DNA of 64,000 nucleotides from assembly GCA_015069415.1 (NCBI GenBank), contig SVIQ01000005.1, forward strand, positions 27,415-91,414. Reading direction: 5' to 3'. Of this stretch, positions 16,188 to 26,196 are shown piece after piece. Position 1 is the first letter of the stretch. Each line of letters starts with the position of its first letter. The position numbers were made by a program, and so were the translations under genes. The notes beneath the pieces were generated by a model, which had not been told where the DNA came from, did no database searches, and saw only the letters and a list, made by a program, of their open reading frames with translations. The DNA is from Clostridiales bacterium (GTDB lineage Bacteria; Bacillota; Clostridia; Christensenellales; UBA1242).

Positions 16188-16859
16188 ATGAACGAAAAGA
16201 TAAAAGGTGTTGTAGTTAAATTAATAGATTATTTAGACGCGGACAAACTCGCGTCAATTTTTACGTTAGAAGAGGGAATAATTACGGCTAAATTTACAGG
16301 TGTTAGAAGAGAAAAAGCTAAAATGAAAGCTGTTGCTCAACCATTTGTGTTTGCTGAATTTTCAGTTGCAGAAAAGAATAATCATAAAACGGTTATTAGT
16401 GCTGACGTAATTGACAGTTTTCCTGGTATTTTGTCTAATTACAACAAAACTATCTGCGGGTACATAGTGTTGGATGCAATAAAAACAATCATACCAAAAG
16501 AAAAATCCGAACCAGATTTATTTTTACTAACCTTATCTAGCTTAAAAAATATCGAAACACAAAATGAATATATTGCAACTGCTGAGTTTTTATTAAAATT
16601 CATAGATTTCAGTGGAATGACTGTTCAATTTGTTGACGCAGACAATTGTTATCTAGATGTTAACACGGGTAATTTTTCTACTTTACGAGAAATTGGAAGT
16701 GTTGCAATTGATAAGAAAGTTTACAGCATATTAAAAAATATAAAAAATGAAGAAGAATTTGAATTTAATGAACATACTCTAAAACAAGTTGTTAGACTTC
16801 TTGGAAACATTGTTTATTTAAAATTTGGTGAGATAATTAAGGCCATTGAATTTATTTAA
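16188..16859 (+). CDS. recO: DNA repair protein RecO
   Basis: OB-fold N-terminus (KGVVVKLIDYLDADKLASIFT...), 223 aa, conserved era-recO synteny. Confidence 0.7.
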   Translation: MNEKIKGVVVKLIDYLDADKLASIFTLEEGIITAKFTGVRREKAKMKAVAQPFVFAEFSVAEKNNHKTVISADVIDSFPGILSNYNKTICGYIVLDAIKTIIPKEKSEPDLFLLTLSSLKNIETQNEYIATAEFLLKFIDFSGMTVQFVDADNCYLDVNTGNFSTLREIGSVAIDKKVYSILKNIKNEEEFEFNEHTLKQVVRLLGNIVYLKFGEIIKAIEFI

Positions 16860-16865
16860 AAAATA

Positions 16866-16893
16866 TTGACATATTGAAAATATGTGGTAGAAT
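16866..16893 (+). promoter_or_regulatory. sigma-A type promoter
   Basis: TTGACA, 16-nt spacer, TGg-TAGAAT. Confidence 0.5.
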
Positions 16894-16910
16894 AAATTTG
16901 AGGTATAATT

Positions 16911-17399
16911 ATGGCAAAGAAAATTTTAAGTTTTGATGATGCTTTTTTATCAATTTGTGAAAATCCAAGAAGTATTTTAGAGATTTCAAGTGAAACTGAC
17001 GGATATTACGCTCTTTTAATCCAAGCTATGGTTCGAGATTCTAGCTTGATTTATGATGTTGAAGATAAAGAACATTCTCTTACATATTTAGAACTAACGG
17101 AAGAAGAAATAAAAGAAATGATGAATGCGATTGATGAGCATCAAAGCCTTCTCATGCTTATTTCAGATGAAGAAAAGGAATTTAAAAATCTCGAAAGTTT
17201 GATTTTAAGTACTTATTTATATAATTGTGCTAAAAAAGTAGGAAGTGAAACTAATTATAAGAAAATTGTTGAGTATCTTTCAAAAAGAATTACTCCTTTG
17301 AGAGATATGATAATAAGACATGCTAGAGGAGTGTACAATCCTGAAGCGTTCTTTGACGCATGTGGTTACAATGGAAACGATTTAACAGACGGAGAATAA
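16911..17399 (+). CDS. hypothetical protein, paralog A of a tandem pair
   Basis: GAGGT RBS. The N-terminus LSFDDAFLSICENPRSILEISSETDGYYALLIQAMVRDSSLIYDVED aligns with the N-terminus of the next ORF. No family recognised with confidence. Confidence 0.5.
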   Translation: MAKKILSFDDAFLSICENPRSILEISSETDGYYALLIQAMVRDSSLIYDVEDKEHSLTYLELTEEEIKEMMNAIDEHQSLLMLISDEEKEFKNLESLILSTYLYNCAKKVGSETNYKKIVEYLSKRITPLRDMIIRHARGVYNPEAFFDACGYNGNDLTDGE

Positions 17400-17401
17400 T
17401 T

Positions 17402-17854
17402 ATGACATTTGAAGAAGCTTACGAATTAGTAAAAAATGATCCAAATTCAATTGTTAGCATTCCGAAAGATGTTCCAAATTACAGTGAATTGGCAAGTCTT
17501 GCAGTAGCAATTGACCCAGAAAGTTTACAACACATCGATGAAACTAGGGCAGACAATTACGTAAATTTACTTTACTTTGTTATGCGTCCTAGAATGAAAA
17601 AAGAGTGGGAACGAGATTTTCAAAATAAATATGGAGTTTTAACTAGTGAAGACTGGCAAGACTTTACAGACAATGAAATCAAAATGGAAATCAACACATT
17701 ATGTAGAAATTACAGAACGGCTTTATTAGAAACTCTTAAATCATATGGAGCAAAAATGGCAACAATGGTTATGCTAATTATTCCAGATTACAAAGAATTT
17801 TTAACGTTAAGAATTGAATGTTTAAGGGGAAATCAAAATAATTTAGAAAATTAA
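17402..17854 (+). CDS. hypothetical protein, paralog B of a tandem pair
   Basis: The ATG at 17402 lies 2 nt after the upstream stop. The N-terminus MTFEEAYELVKNDPNSIVSIPKDVPNYSELASLAVAIDPESLQHIDE resembles paralog A. Confidence 0.5.
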   Translation: MTFEEAYELVKNDPNSIVSIPKDVPNYSELASLAVAIDPESLQHIDETRADNYVNLLYFVMRPRMKKEWERDFQNKYGVLTSEDWQDFTDNEIKMEINTLCRNYRTALLETLKSYGAKMATMVMLIIPDYKEFLTLRIECLRGNQNNLEN

Positions 17855-17856
17855 AT

Positions 17857-17888
17857 TCTTTTAAGAGAAATCTTAAAAGATTTTTTTT
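17857..17888 (+). terminator. rho-independent terminator
   Basis: Perfect 10-bp stem TCTTTTAAGA/TCTTAAAAGA, GAAA loop, T8 run. Confidence 0.8.
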
Positions 17889-17976
17889 AGAAAATTTGTC
17901 GAAACGATTAAAATTGCTTGCCTTTTAGATGTGTTTTTTGGTAGACTGTAATCGTTTAAACTTAAAGGGAGAATTT

Positions 17977-20619
17977 ATGAAAAAGTTCGTTTACTTATTC
18001 AGTGAAGGTAATGCTAGCATGCGTGAACTTTTAGGTGGTAAAGGTGCTAACTTGGCAGAAATGACTAAGATTGGTTTACCAGTTCCTCAAGGTTTCACAA
18101 TTTCTACTGAAGCCTGCACACAGTACTATGAAGACGGTCGTAGAATTAATGAATCTATCATGGCTGAAATCATGGAAAACATCGAAAAGATGGAAAAAAT
18201 CACAGGAAAAAAATTCGGAGACAAAGAAAATCCTCTTTTAGTTTCAGTTCGTTCTGGTGCTAGAGCATCAATGCCTGGTATGATGGACACAATTTTGAAC
18301 TTAGGACTAAATGAAGAAGTAGTAGAAACTTTATCTCGTAAGTCTAACAATCCTCGTTGGGCTTGGGACTGCTACAGAAGATTTATTCAAATGTTCTCTG
18401 ACGTAGTTATGGAAGTTGGTAAGAAGTACTTCGAAAAACTTATCGACAAAATGAAAGAAGAGAAGGGAGTTACATCTGACGTTGACCTTACAGCGGAAGA
18501 TTTAAAAGCTCTTGCTAACCAATTTAAAGCTGAGTACAAAAATCAATTAGGAACAGATTTCCCATCTGACCCTAAGGAACAATTGTTCGAAGCTATTAAA
18601 GCTGTATTCCGTTCTTGGGATAACCCTAGAGCAAACATCTATCGTATGGACCACGACATTCCTTATTCTTGGGGAACTGCTGTTAACGTTCAAATGATGG
18701 CGTTTGGTAACATGGGTGAAACATCTGGAACAGGTGTTGCATTTACTCGTAACCCTGCAACTGGTGAAAAAGGTTTAATGGGAGAATTCTTAATGAATGC
18801 ACAAGGTGAAGACGTTGTTGCTGGTGTTAGAACTCCAATGCCTATTGACAAGATGGCTGAAGTTATGCCTGAATGTTATGCTCAATTCAAAGAAATTTGT
18901 AAAACTCTTGAAAACCATTATCGCGACATGCAAGATATGGAATTCACAATTGAAGACAAAAAACTTTACATGTTACAAACTCGTAACGGAAAGAGAACAG
19001 CTGCAGCTGCAATCAAAATTGCTTGTGACTTAATTGATGAAGGAATGATTAGTGAAGAAGAAGCTTTAATGCAAATCGACGCTAAAACTTTGGATATGTT
19101 GTTGCACCCAACTTTTGATGCTGAAGCTCTTAAATATGCTGATAAGAACAACGTTGTTGGTAAAGGTATTGCTGCTTCTCCTGGAGCTGCTGCTGGTACA
19201 ATCGTATTCACAGCTGAAGATGCGGTTGTTGAAGGAAAGAAAGGTAAGAAAGTTATCTTAGTTCGTCTTGAAACTAGCCCAGAAGATATTGAAGGTATGA
19301 AATATGCTCAAGGAATATTGACTGTTCGTGGTGGTCAAACATCTCACGCTGCCGTTGTTGCTCGTGGAATGGGAACTTGCTGTGTTTCTGGTTGTGGCGA
19401 CATTAAAATGGATGAAGAAAACAAATGCTTTACACTTGCTGGTAAAGTTTACCATGAAGGAGATGAATTATCTCTTGATGGTTCTACTGGTAACATTTAC
19501 GATGGTATGATTAAGACTGTTCCAGCTGATCCAAACAGTGGATATTTCGGACGTATCATGAAACTTGCTGACAAGTACAAAGCTCTTGGTGTTAGAACAA
19601 ACGCTGACACTCCAGCTGATGCTGAAAGAGCAGCAGAACTTGGCGCTCAAGGTATCGGTTTGTGCCGTACAGAGCATATGTTCTTCGATGCTGACAGAAT
19701 TGGAGCATTCAGAGAAATGATCTGTTCTGACACAGTTGAAGAAAGAGAAGTTGCGTTATCTAAAATCGAACCTATGCAACAAAAAGACTTTGAAGGATTG
19801 ATGGAAGCTCTTAAAGGTCAACCGGTTACAATCCGTTTCTTGGATCCACCTCTTCATGAGTTTGTTCCTACAAGTGAAGAAGACATTAAGGCCCTTGCAG
19901 ATGCTCAAGGCAAGACAGTTGCTCAAATTAAACAAATCATTAACGATTTACATGAATTCAACCCTATGATGGGTCACCGTGGATGTCGTTTGGCTGTAAC
20001 TTATCCAGAAATTGCTGTAATGCAAACTAAGGCTGTTATTAAGGCTGCTATCGCAGTTCAAAATAGACATCCTGATTGGAAAGTTGTTCCAGAAATCATG
20101 ATCCCACTCGTTGGTGACTTAAAAGAATTAAAATTTGTTAAAAAATTAGTTGTTGAAACTGCTGAAACTGTAATTAAGGAAGCAAATTCAACTCTTAAAT
20201 ATGAAGTTGGTACAATGATCGAAATCCCTCGTGCAGCATTAATCGCTGACGAAATTGCTGAAGAAGCTGAATTCTTCTGTTTCGGTACAAATGACCTTAC
20301 TCAAATGACATTCGGCTTCAGCCGTGATGACGCTGGTAAGTTCTTACCATCTTACTATTCTAACAAAATCTACGAGTCAGATCCATTTGCTCGTCTTGAC
20401 ACTACTGGTGTTGGTAAACTTATGGAAATGGCTATTAAACTTGGAAAGGGCACTCGTCCTAGCATGCACGCAGGTATCTGTGGTGAGCATGGTGGTGACC
20501 CTTCATCAATCGAGTTCTGTCACAACATCGGACTTGATTACGTAAGTTGCTCTCCATTCCGTGTTCCTATTGCACGCCTTGCTGCTGCACAAGCGAACAT
20601 TAAGAATAAGAGAAATTAA
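17977..20619 (+). CDS. ppdK: pyruvate, phosphate dikinase
   Basis: GGKGANLAEM, catalytic-His motif RGGQTSHAAVVARG, PEP-utilising C-terminal TIM domain, about 880 aa. GGGAGA RBS before the ATG at 17977. Confidence 0.95.
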   Translation: MKKFVYLFSEGNASMRELLGGKGANLAEMTKIGLPVPQGFTISTEACTQYYEDGRRINESIMAEIMENIEKMEKITGKKFGDKENPLLVSVRSGARASMPGMMDTILNLGLNEEVVETLSRKSNNPRWAWDCYRRFIQMFSDVVMEVGKKYFEKLIDKMKEEKGVTSDVDLTAEDLKALANQFKAEYKNQLGTDFPSDPKEQLFEAIKAVFRSWDNPRANIYRMDHDIPYSWGTAVNVQMMAFGNMGETSGTGVAFTRNPATGEKGLMGEFLMNAQGEDVVAGVRTPMPIDKMAEVMPECYAQFKEICKTLENHYRDMQDMEFTIEDKKLYMLQTRNGKRTAAAAIKIACDLIDEGMISEEEALMQIDAKTLDMLLHPTFDAEALKYADKNNVVGKGIAASPGAAAGTIVFTAEDAVVEGKKGKKVILVRLETSPEDIEGMKYAQGILTVRGGQTSHAAVVARGMGTCCVSGCGDIKMDEENKCFTLAGKVYHEGDELSLDGSTGNIYDGMIKTVPADPNSGYFGRIMKLADKYKALGVRTNADTPADAERAAELGAQGIGLCRTEHMFFDADRIGAFREMICSDTVEEREVALSKIEPMQQKDFEGLMEALKGQPVTIRFLDPPLHEFVPTSEEDIKALADAQGKTVAQIKQIINDLHEFNPMMGHRGCRLAVTYPEIAVMQTKAVIKAAIAVQNRHPDWKVVPEIMIPLVGDLKELKFVKKLVVETAETVIKEANSTLKYEVGTMIEIPRAALIADEIAEEAEFFCFGTNDLTQMTFGFSRDDAGKFLPSYYSNKIYESDPFARLDTTGVGKLMEMAIKLGKGTRPSMHAGICGEHGGDPSSIEFCHNIGLDYVSCSPFRVPIARLAAAQANIKNKRN

Positions 20620-20664
20620 AACATAAGCATACAAACAGCCGTTTAGCGAGTGTTTTAAGGAAAA

Positions 20665-20699
20665 AACAGGAAATATTAGTTTCCTGTTTTTTCTTTTTT
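20665..20699 (+). terminator. rho-independent terminator after ppdK
   Basis: 9-bp stem AACAGGAAA/TTTCCTGTT followed by a T-run. Confidence 0.8.
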
Positions 20700-20707
20700 A
20701 ATAATAA

Positions 20708-20743
20708 AAAACTATATTTATATTTGAGAGATAAATATAGTTT
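20708..20743 (-). terminator. A/T-only hairpin, probable terminator of the minus-strand gene 20814-21368
   Basis: 12-bp perfect inverted repeat AACTATATTTAT/ATAAATATAGTT with a 9-nt loop. An A-run on the + side gives a T-run on the minus strand. Confidence 0.4.
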
Positions 20744-20813
20744 CTAAAAATATTTTAATTTTCAATTTACTAAATATAGTGTATATTATTTTTAAAAATA
20801 TCAAAATAGTGTG

Positions 20814-21368
20814 CTATAATGACTCAATTGTTTCGGAAATAGTAGTATCTTGAAATAAATATTCTAAACCAATATTTTTATAAATATTTTCAACTTCTTG
20901 TCTTGTTACTCCTTGAGTGTACCAATTAAAGTATCTAGAAGATAAATCTGATCTTTTGAATAAATTAAAACTTCCACCAATGCTGAATAAATCAATAACG
21001 CCTTCAATTTTGTTGCAAGCAGGAAAATCAGTGTCGATATTTAGAAAATCATAGTCTGATAAAATATGATAATGTCCTTTTTCTGGACTTTCTATTTTTT
21101 CAAAACCATATTTTGAAAGGATGTGGCTTACTAATGCAACACTTCTTTCGCACGCTGGCTCCAATTTGTGTTTTTGTTCAATTTTATCTGATAAAAATGA
21201 TATAACTTTGCAGGCGTCAGTTAGGCTCATTCCATCAGGCAATCTAAAACGACTAGAAATGCCATGAGTTTGTCCAATTTTTTTTCGAGGATGATAATAT
21301 AGACTTTCAAATTTTTCAAATGCTACATAATATAATCTAATAATTAGATCTTTCCTGTCTTTTTTCAT
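20814..21368 (-). CDS. hypothetical protein (184 aa, soluble)
   Basis: AAAGGA RBS. No motif recognised. Confidence 0.5.
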   Translation of the reverse strand: MKKDRKDLIIRLYYVAFEKFESLYYHPRKKIGQTHGISSRFRLPDGMSLTDACKVISFLSDKIEQKHKLEPACERSVALVSHILSKYGFEKIESPEKGHYHILSDYDFLNIDTDFPACNKIEGVIDLFSIGGSFNLFKRSDLSSRYFNWYTQGVTRQEVENIYKNIGLEYLFQDTTISETIESL

Positions 21369-21439
21369 ATTTTATTTTCCTTTTCTTTTGGTTTGGACAT
21401 TATATCATAGATTATGAAATTTTACAACACTTTTAAAAT

Positions 21440-21462
21440 AAAAAAATCACCGTGTGGGTGAT
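21440..21462 (-). terminator. rho-independent terminator of 21467-22009
   Basis: Stem ATCACC/GGTGAT with a 5-nt loop, flanked by an A-run on the + strand (T-run on the minus strand). Confidence 0.55.
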
Positions 21463-21466
21463 AATT

Positions 21467-22009
21467 TTATATGTTAGAATGTTCTTGAACTTGATCTAAA
21501 ATTTTCATTTCATTTCTAATGTGGTATACAGTGTTAAATCCAGTCAATGCAATGAATGCGATTAGAGGAAGATAGAATGTATAAGTGTGATTGTAAGCGT
21601 ATTCTAAAATTGAATAAGTTAAATACCATACAAAACCGAGCAATGCAATAATAGATAAAATTTCTTGAACGATCAAATAAAATTTAGCAGTTTTTTGGCT
21701 TTTTGGTGGGAATAAGATAGCAACGTTAGTAGTGTGTACTTTATTTTTTTTAACTTTATTCATTATTTTCATGTCTTTATATGCGTAAAGGAATGAGAGC
21801 AAACAGAACATCATAGAAAGGAACAGAAGCACAATTCCAACAGATATTTTAAGTAAACCAACTTTGTCATGCAAATAATCAATAAATAAAACTGTAAATT
21901 GGTAAAAGAAAACTCCTAAAAATAAAAAAGTAAATATTAATCTAGTAATCATATCGCGTTTTAGTAACGGAATGTTACTAGCATGAAAATCAAATTTTCT
22001 TGTTGTCAT
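21467..22009 (-). CDS. hypothetical membrane protein (about 4 TM helices)
   Basis: GAGGT RBS and hydrophobic segments. No family recognised. Confidence 0.5.
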   Translation of the reverse strand: MTTRKFDFHASNIPLLKRDMITRLIFTFLFLGVFFYQFTVLFIDYLHDKVGLLKISVGIVLLFLSMMFCLLSFLYAYKDMKIMNKVKKNKVHTTNVAILFPPKSQKTAKFYLIVQEILSIIALLGFVWYLTYSILEYAYNHTYTFYLPLIAFIALTGFNTVYHIRNEMKILDQVQEHSNI

Positions 22010-22059
22010 AAAAACCTCTATTTTTAGTTTAGTAATTTAAACAAAAGTTGTCAAACATT

Positions 22060-23013
22060 TTAACAAAAAACTACAAAACTAAGTAGAAATGCTATAAATC
22101 CAGCTAAAATTCCTTGAAAACATTTCTGTTTTAACATATCTGTAAACTTAAATTTTAATTTACTTAAGAATGCTAGTGATTGCATGAATATACTAGTTCC
22201 TCCAAAACCTATTAAAGCGCTCGATATTACTGTTTTTGATTTTAAAGTTAGATTAGTTTTTCCTAGGTCAATTATTCCTCTTGTCATTTCTATAAGTCCT
22301 TTTAGTATAGCAGAAAAACTTTCTTGAAATTTAATTGGAAGAATAGAGGAGAATAGGTTGAAAATTTTTAAGAATTCAAGAATGTCAATAATTAAAAACG
22401 AAAAAACAATAAATCCTCCCACCATTAGAATTGAAATTATTGAGTCGTAAACGCTGTTTGTGAGTAAATTTTCGTTTGTTTTCTTTAGAATATTTTGCTT
22501 GTAACTAGTTTTTCCTTTTCTAAATAACAATCCATTTATTAGGCTTGCAATTATGTTTGAAATTAAAATTATTATTCCTGCTTTAAAAGATGACAAAACT
22601 CCTATTCCAATTGTCGCTACCATAAACATTGGCCCACTGACAGAGCAGAAAGACATCATTTTTTTAGCATCTTTTTGATCTATTGCTTTGGTGTCATACA
22701 TATAGCAAATTAGTTTTGCTCCCATAGGATAGCCTGAAAGGGTGGATAATAAGAAAATTACAAAACTACCGCACGGAACGTTGTAAATTTTTGAAAAAGT
22801 CTTGTCCAAAAAAGAAGGTTTGATAGTGATTAAATTTACCAGAAGCCTTGAGAAAATAAAAAAGGGAAACATTACTGGTAAAATGTTTAAAGTCCACACA
22901 CTTAAAGCATTTAAACAAGATTTTGAGCAAAGAGTAGGATTAAGAATTAAAAAAATGCACATAGTAATTAGTAAAATTACTAAAATTTTATTTGCTTTTA
23001 ATTTTTGTAACAT
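22060..23013 (-). CDS. multi-pass membrane protein, YlbJ-like (nucleoside-recognition/Gate domain; sporulation integral membrane protein family)
   Basis: The N-terminal pattern CLNALSVWTLNILPVMFPFFIFSRLL resembles the YlbJ family. 317 aa, shorter than Bacillus YlbJ. Confidence 0.4.
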   Translation of the reverse strand: MLQKLKANKILVILLITMCIFLILNPTLCSKSCLNALSVWTLNILPVMFPFFIFSRLLVNLITIKPSFLDKTFSKIYNVPCGSFVIFLLSTLSGYPMGAKLICYMYDTKAIDQKDAKKMMSFCSVSGPMFMVATIGIGVLSSFKAGIIILISNIIASLINGLLFRKGKTSYKQNILKKTNENLLTNSVYDSIISILMVGGFIVFSFLIIDILEFLKIFNLFSSILPIKFQESFSAILKGLIEMTRGIIDLGKTNLTLKSKTVISSALIGFGGTSIFMQSLAFLSKLKFKFTDMLKQKCFQGILAGFIAFLLSFVVFC

Positions 23014-23043
23014 ATATAATAATATAAGAAAGTAAGGGGAAAT

Positions 23044-23832
23044 ATGAAAAAATTTGCATTGGTTTTAGGTGGTGGATCAGCTAAAGGTTTTGCGCATGTT
23101 GGAATTCTTAAAATTCTTGAAAAACATGGAATAATTCCGGATTTAATTGTAGGGACTTCAATGGGCGCAGTAATCGGCGGAATTTACGCAGTTGATAAAG
23201 ATTTAGAAGATTTAGAGTACTTATCTAAAAAGTTCGATAAATTAGGTTCATTTAACGTTTTTTCAGCACTTTTTAAAGGCAATTTGTTAAGTCCTAAAAG
23301 ATTTGAAAAGAGTATAAAAAGAGCTGTGGGAGAAGCTGAGCATCTTAACACAAAAATTCCTTTTGTTGCAGTAGCTACTGATATAATCAAAGGAAAAGAA
23401 ACTTGTTTGAAAAATGGAAAAGTAAAAGACAGCATAATTGCAAGTGCTTCAATTCCTGGGGTTTTCCCTTATTACAAAATAGGAGAAAATTGTTATTGTG
23501 ACGGTGGATTAATGAACAATTTGCCAGAAGATGTTGCAAAAAAATTAATGCCAGATGCTGTTATTATGTCTGTCGATGTCATTGGCGAATACTCAAAGCA
23601 AATAGAGAAAACAAAAATTAAATCAATAGCACCATTTTTAAACGCTTCAACTCTTATGACAACGCAAAATGTTAAGAGAAAAGAACAAATCGCCGATTTA
23701 AGAATTACTATTACGCAACCTCAAGTTAGTCAAATGGATTTTTCTAAAGATACGACGGAAAAAACAATAGCAAGAGGCGAGATGTACATGAGAAAAAATA
23801 TTAAAAAATTAAAGGAATTACTAAATGATTAA
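23044..23832 (+). CDS. patatin-like phospholipase
   Basis: GGGSAKGFAHVG oxyanion motif, GTSMG nucleophile elbow, and the DGG catalytic Asp motif. Confidence 0.8.
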   Translation: MKKFALVLGGGSAKGFAHVGILKILEKHGIIPDLIVGTSMGAVIGGIYAVDKDLEDLEYLSKKFDKLGSFNVFSALFKGNLLSPKRFEKSIKRAVGEAEHLNTKIPFVAVATDIIKGKETCLKNGKVKDSIIASASIPGVFPYYKIGENCYCDGGLMNNLPEDVAKKLMPDAVIMSVDVIGEYSKQIEKTKIKSIAPFLNASTLMTTQNVKRKEQIADLRITITQPQVSQMDFSKDTTEKTIARGEMYMRKNIKKLKELLND

Positions 23833-24802
23833 GAATATATATTTAAACAAATTACTAAAAGAAAACAAGAAATCTATGAAAAAAATACTTTTACCAGAAG
23901 CGCGTATTGACGAAAGGGTAAAAGAAGCATGTAAAATTTTGATAAAAAGCAAAGCGTGTCACGTAGTTGTTCTTGGAAAAGAAACTGATTTTGACAAAAC
24001 ATTTTTAAACAAAAAGTACTGCACAATTATCGATAGAGATAATTTTGACACTGACAGTATGGCAAAAATGCTTAGAGATTTAAGAAAGGACAAGGGTGTC
24101 GACCTTAGAAAAGCTCGAACAATGATTAAAAGTGATGACTATTTTTCAACTATGCTTTTAAAAATGGGTTATGCTGATGGTCTAGTTGCTGGAGCGGTGT
24201 GGACGACTGGAAACACATTAAAACCAGCTCTTCAAATCATCAAAACGAAAGCGGGAGAAAAGATAGTAACTGGTGCTATGATTATGGTTAAAGAAAACAC
24301 AAGTCCGCTTCTTTTCCTTGATGTTTCTTTAGTTGAAAATCCTACTTCAGAAGAGTTGTCACAAATCGCAATTAGTGGGGGAAGATTTATGTATAACACA
24401 CTACATATTGAGCCTCAAATTGCTATGCTTAGTTACTCAACAAAAGGAAGTGCTAATCATGAATTAGTTCAAAAAGTTTCGCATGCAACATTCTTGGCTA
24501 TGCAAAATTCTTTCATGAACATTGATGGAGAAATGCAAGTAGACAGTGCTTTAGATATTGATGTTGCAAAGAAAAAAGGAATAACCAGTTCTGTAGGAGG
24601 AAATGCAAATGTTTTAGTCTTCCCAGACCTTAATGCTGGAAATATTTCATATAAACTAGTTAGCCGTCTTGGTGGATACAAAGCAATCGGTCCAATTATG
24701 TTAAATTTTGCAAAACCGGTCAATGATTTAAGTAGAGGTTGCACGACAGAAGAAATAGTAGACACGGTGTTAATAACAAAATTAATGTGTGAAGAAAATT
24801 AG
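23825..24802 (+). CDS. pta: phosphate acetyltransferase
   Basis: GLVAGAVWTTGNTLKPALQIIKT and ...SRGCTTEEIV resemble short-form Pta. Followed by ackA. Confidence 0.8.
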   Translation: MIKNIYLNKLLKENKKSMKKILLPEARIDERVKEACKILIKSKACHVVVLGKETDFDKTFLNKKYCTIIDRDNFDTDSMAKMLRDLRKDKGVDLRKARTMIKSDDYFSTMLLKMGYADGLVAGAVWTTGNTLKPALQIIKTKAGEKIVTGAMIMVKENTSPLLFLDVSLVENPTSEELSQIAISGGRFMYNTLHIEPQIAMLSYSTKGSANHELVQKVSHATFLAMQNSFMNIDGEMQVDSALDIDVAKKKGITSSVGGNANVLVFPDLNAGNISYKLVSRLGGYKAIGPIMLNFAKPVNDLSRGCTTEEIVDTVLITKLMCEEN

Positions 24803-24886
24803 GAGAAATTAAATGTTTTTCCTATTTTTTATTTGTCTTAATTTTATATTTGTGATATAATGCAAGCATTATTTAAGGAGAAAAAT

Positions 24887-26071
24887 ATGAAAGTTTTAGT
24901 AGTAAACGCTGGAAGCAGTAGCTTGAAAGCTCAACTTATGGAAACAACAAACGGAGAAGTTTTTGCAAAAGCTTATTGCCAAAGAATTGGTATTAATGGC
25001 TCTTTTATGGAGTACAAAACATCTAGTAAGCAAGTGGTTGAGGCTGAAATGCCAACTCACAAGGAAGCATTTAAATTGTTTTTAGATTACTTAACAAGCG
25101 CAGAGCATGGAGTAATTTCGAGTCTTGATGAAATTAAAGCAATTGGTCACAGAGTGGTAAACCTTGGCGAAAAGTACAACAAATCTATTGTGGTAACTCA
25201 AGAAGTTTTTGAAGACATGAAGAATTACATTCACTTTGCACCGCTTCACAATCCAGGAGCAATGTCTGGAATGAAGGCTTGCATGGAATTAATGCCAGAC
25301 AAAACAAATGTTGCAGTATTTGACACAGCATTCCATTCAACTATGCCTGAAGAAGCTTATATGTATGCAATTCCTTATGAATTCTATGAAAATCATAAAA
25401 TTAGAAGATACGGCGCTCATGGAACTAGCCACAGATACATTGCTAAAAAATGTGAAGAAATTTTCGGAGATTTAACAGGTAAAAAGATTATTTCTTGTCA
25501 TATCGGTAGTGGAAGTAGTATTTGCGCAATTAAAGATGGAAAATGTGTTGACACTTCAATGGGATACACTCCACTTGCTGGACTTGTTATGGGAACTCGT
25601 TCAGGTGATATCGATCCAAGTGTTATTAAAGATATGATGGACATTAAAGGTATGACGATTGATCAAACAATCAACATGCTTAACAAAGAAAGTGGACTTG
25701 TTGGTATCACTGGAGAATATAGCGATTTAAGAGATATCGATGCAAATCTTGACAAACCAAAGGTTAAACTTGCTTTCGATATGCTTGTTTATTCAATCAA
25801 AAAATATATCGGATCATACGCTGCAGCAATGAATGGAGTAGATTACATTGTGTTTACTGCAGGTGTTGGTGAAAATGATGAATTAGTGCGTGAAGCTGTT
25901 TGTAAAGATATGGAATACCTTGGAATTGACTTTGATTTCGAAGTAAACCGTACAGCTCCAAGAGGCACAATTATCGAGTTTACAAAGCCTACAAGCAAGG
26001 TAAAAGTAATGAGAATACCTACAGATGAAGAATTCATGATTGCTATGGACACGGCAGACCTCGCAAAATAA
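24887..26071 (+). CDS. ackA: acetate kinase
   Basis: MKVLVVNAGSSSLK N-terminus, about 395 aa. AAGGAG RBS before the ATG at 24887. Confidence 0.9.
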   Translation: MKVLVVNAGSSSLKAQLMETTNGEVFAKAYCQRIGINGSFMEYKTSSKQVVEAEMPTHKEAFKLFLDYLTSAEHGVISSLDEIKAIGHRVVNLGEKYNKSIVVTQEVFEDMKNYIHFAPLHNPGAMSGMKACMELMPDKTNVAVFDTAFHSTMPEEAYMYAIPYEFYENHKIRRYGAHGTSHRYIAKKCEEIFGDLTGKKIISCHIGSGSSICAIKDGKCVDTSMGYTPLAGLVMGTRSGDIDPSVIKDMMDIKGMTIDQTINMLNKESGLVGITGEYSDLRDIDANLDKPKVKLAFDMLVYSIKKYIGSYAAAMNGVDYIVFTAGVGENDELVREAVCKDMEYLGIDFDFEVNRTAPRGTIIEFTKPTSKVKVMRIPTDEEFMIAMDTADLAK

Positions 26072-26095
26072 TTTTTAAAATATAATCAAAACTAG

Positions 26096-26124
26096 TTGAC
26101 AATTTCACTTTTCTTTGGTAGAAT
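26096..26124 (+). promoter_or_regulatory. near-consensus sigma-A promoter of rpmF
   Basis: TTGACA, 17-nt spacer, TGg-TAGAAT. Confidence 0.65.
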
Positions 26125-26196
26125 GAAGCCATATGTTGTCGAGTGCGCGCAAATTTTAGTTTGCAAAAATGCACGAATATTATATGGAGGTAATAT

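Noticed and set aside
20700-20813. dif (XerCD) site or origin-like DnaA-box cluster in the A/T-rich spacer after ppdK and in other long spacers.
   Set aside because: I found no sequence resembling the Firmicute dif consensus and no TTATCCACA-type boxes in the spacers. The prominent 12-bp inverted repeat is better explained as the terminator of the convergent minus-strand gene.
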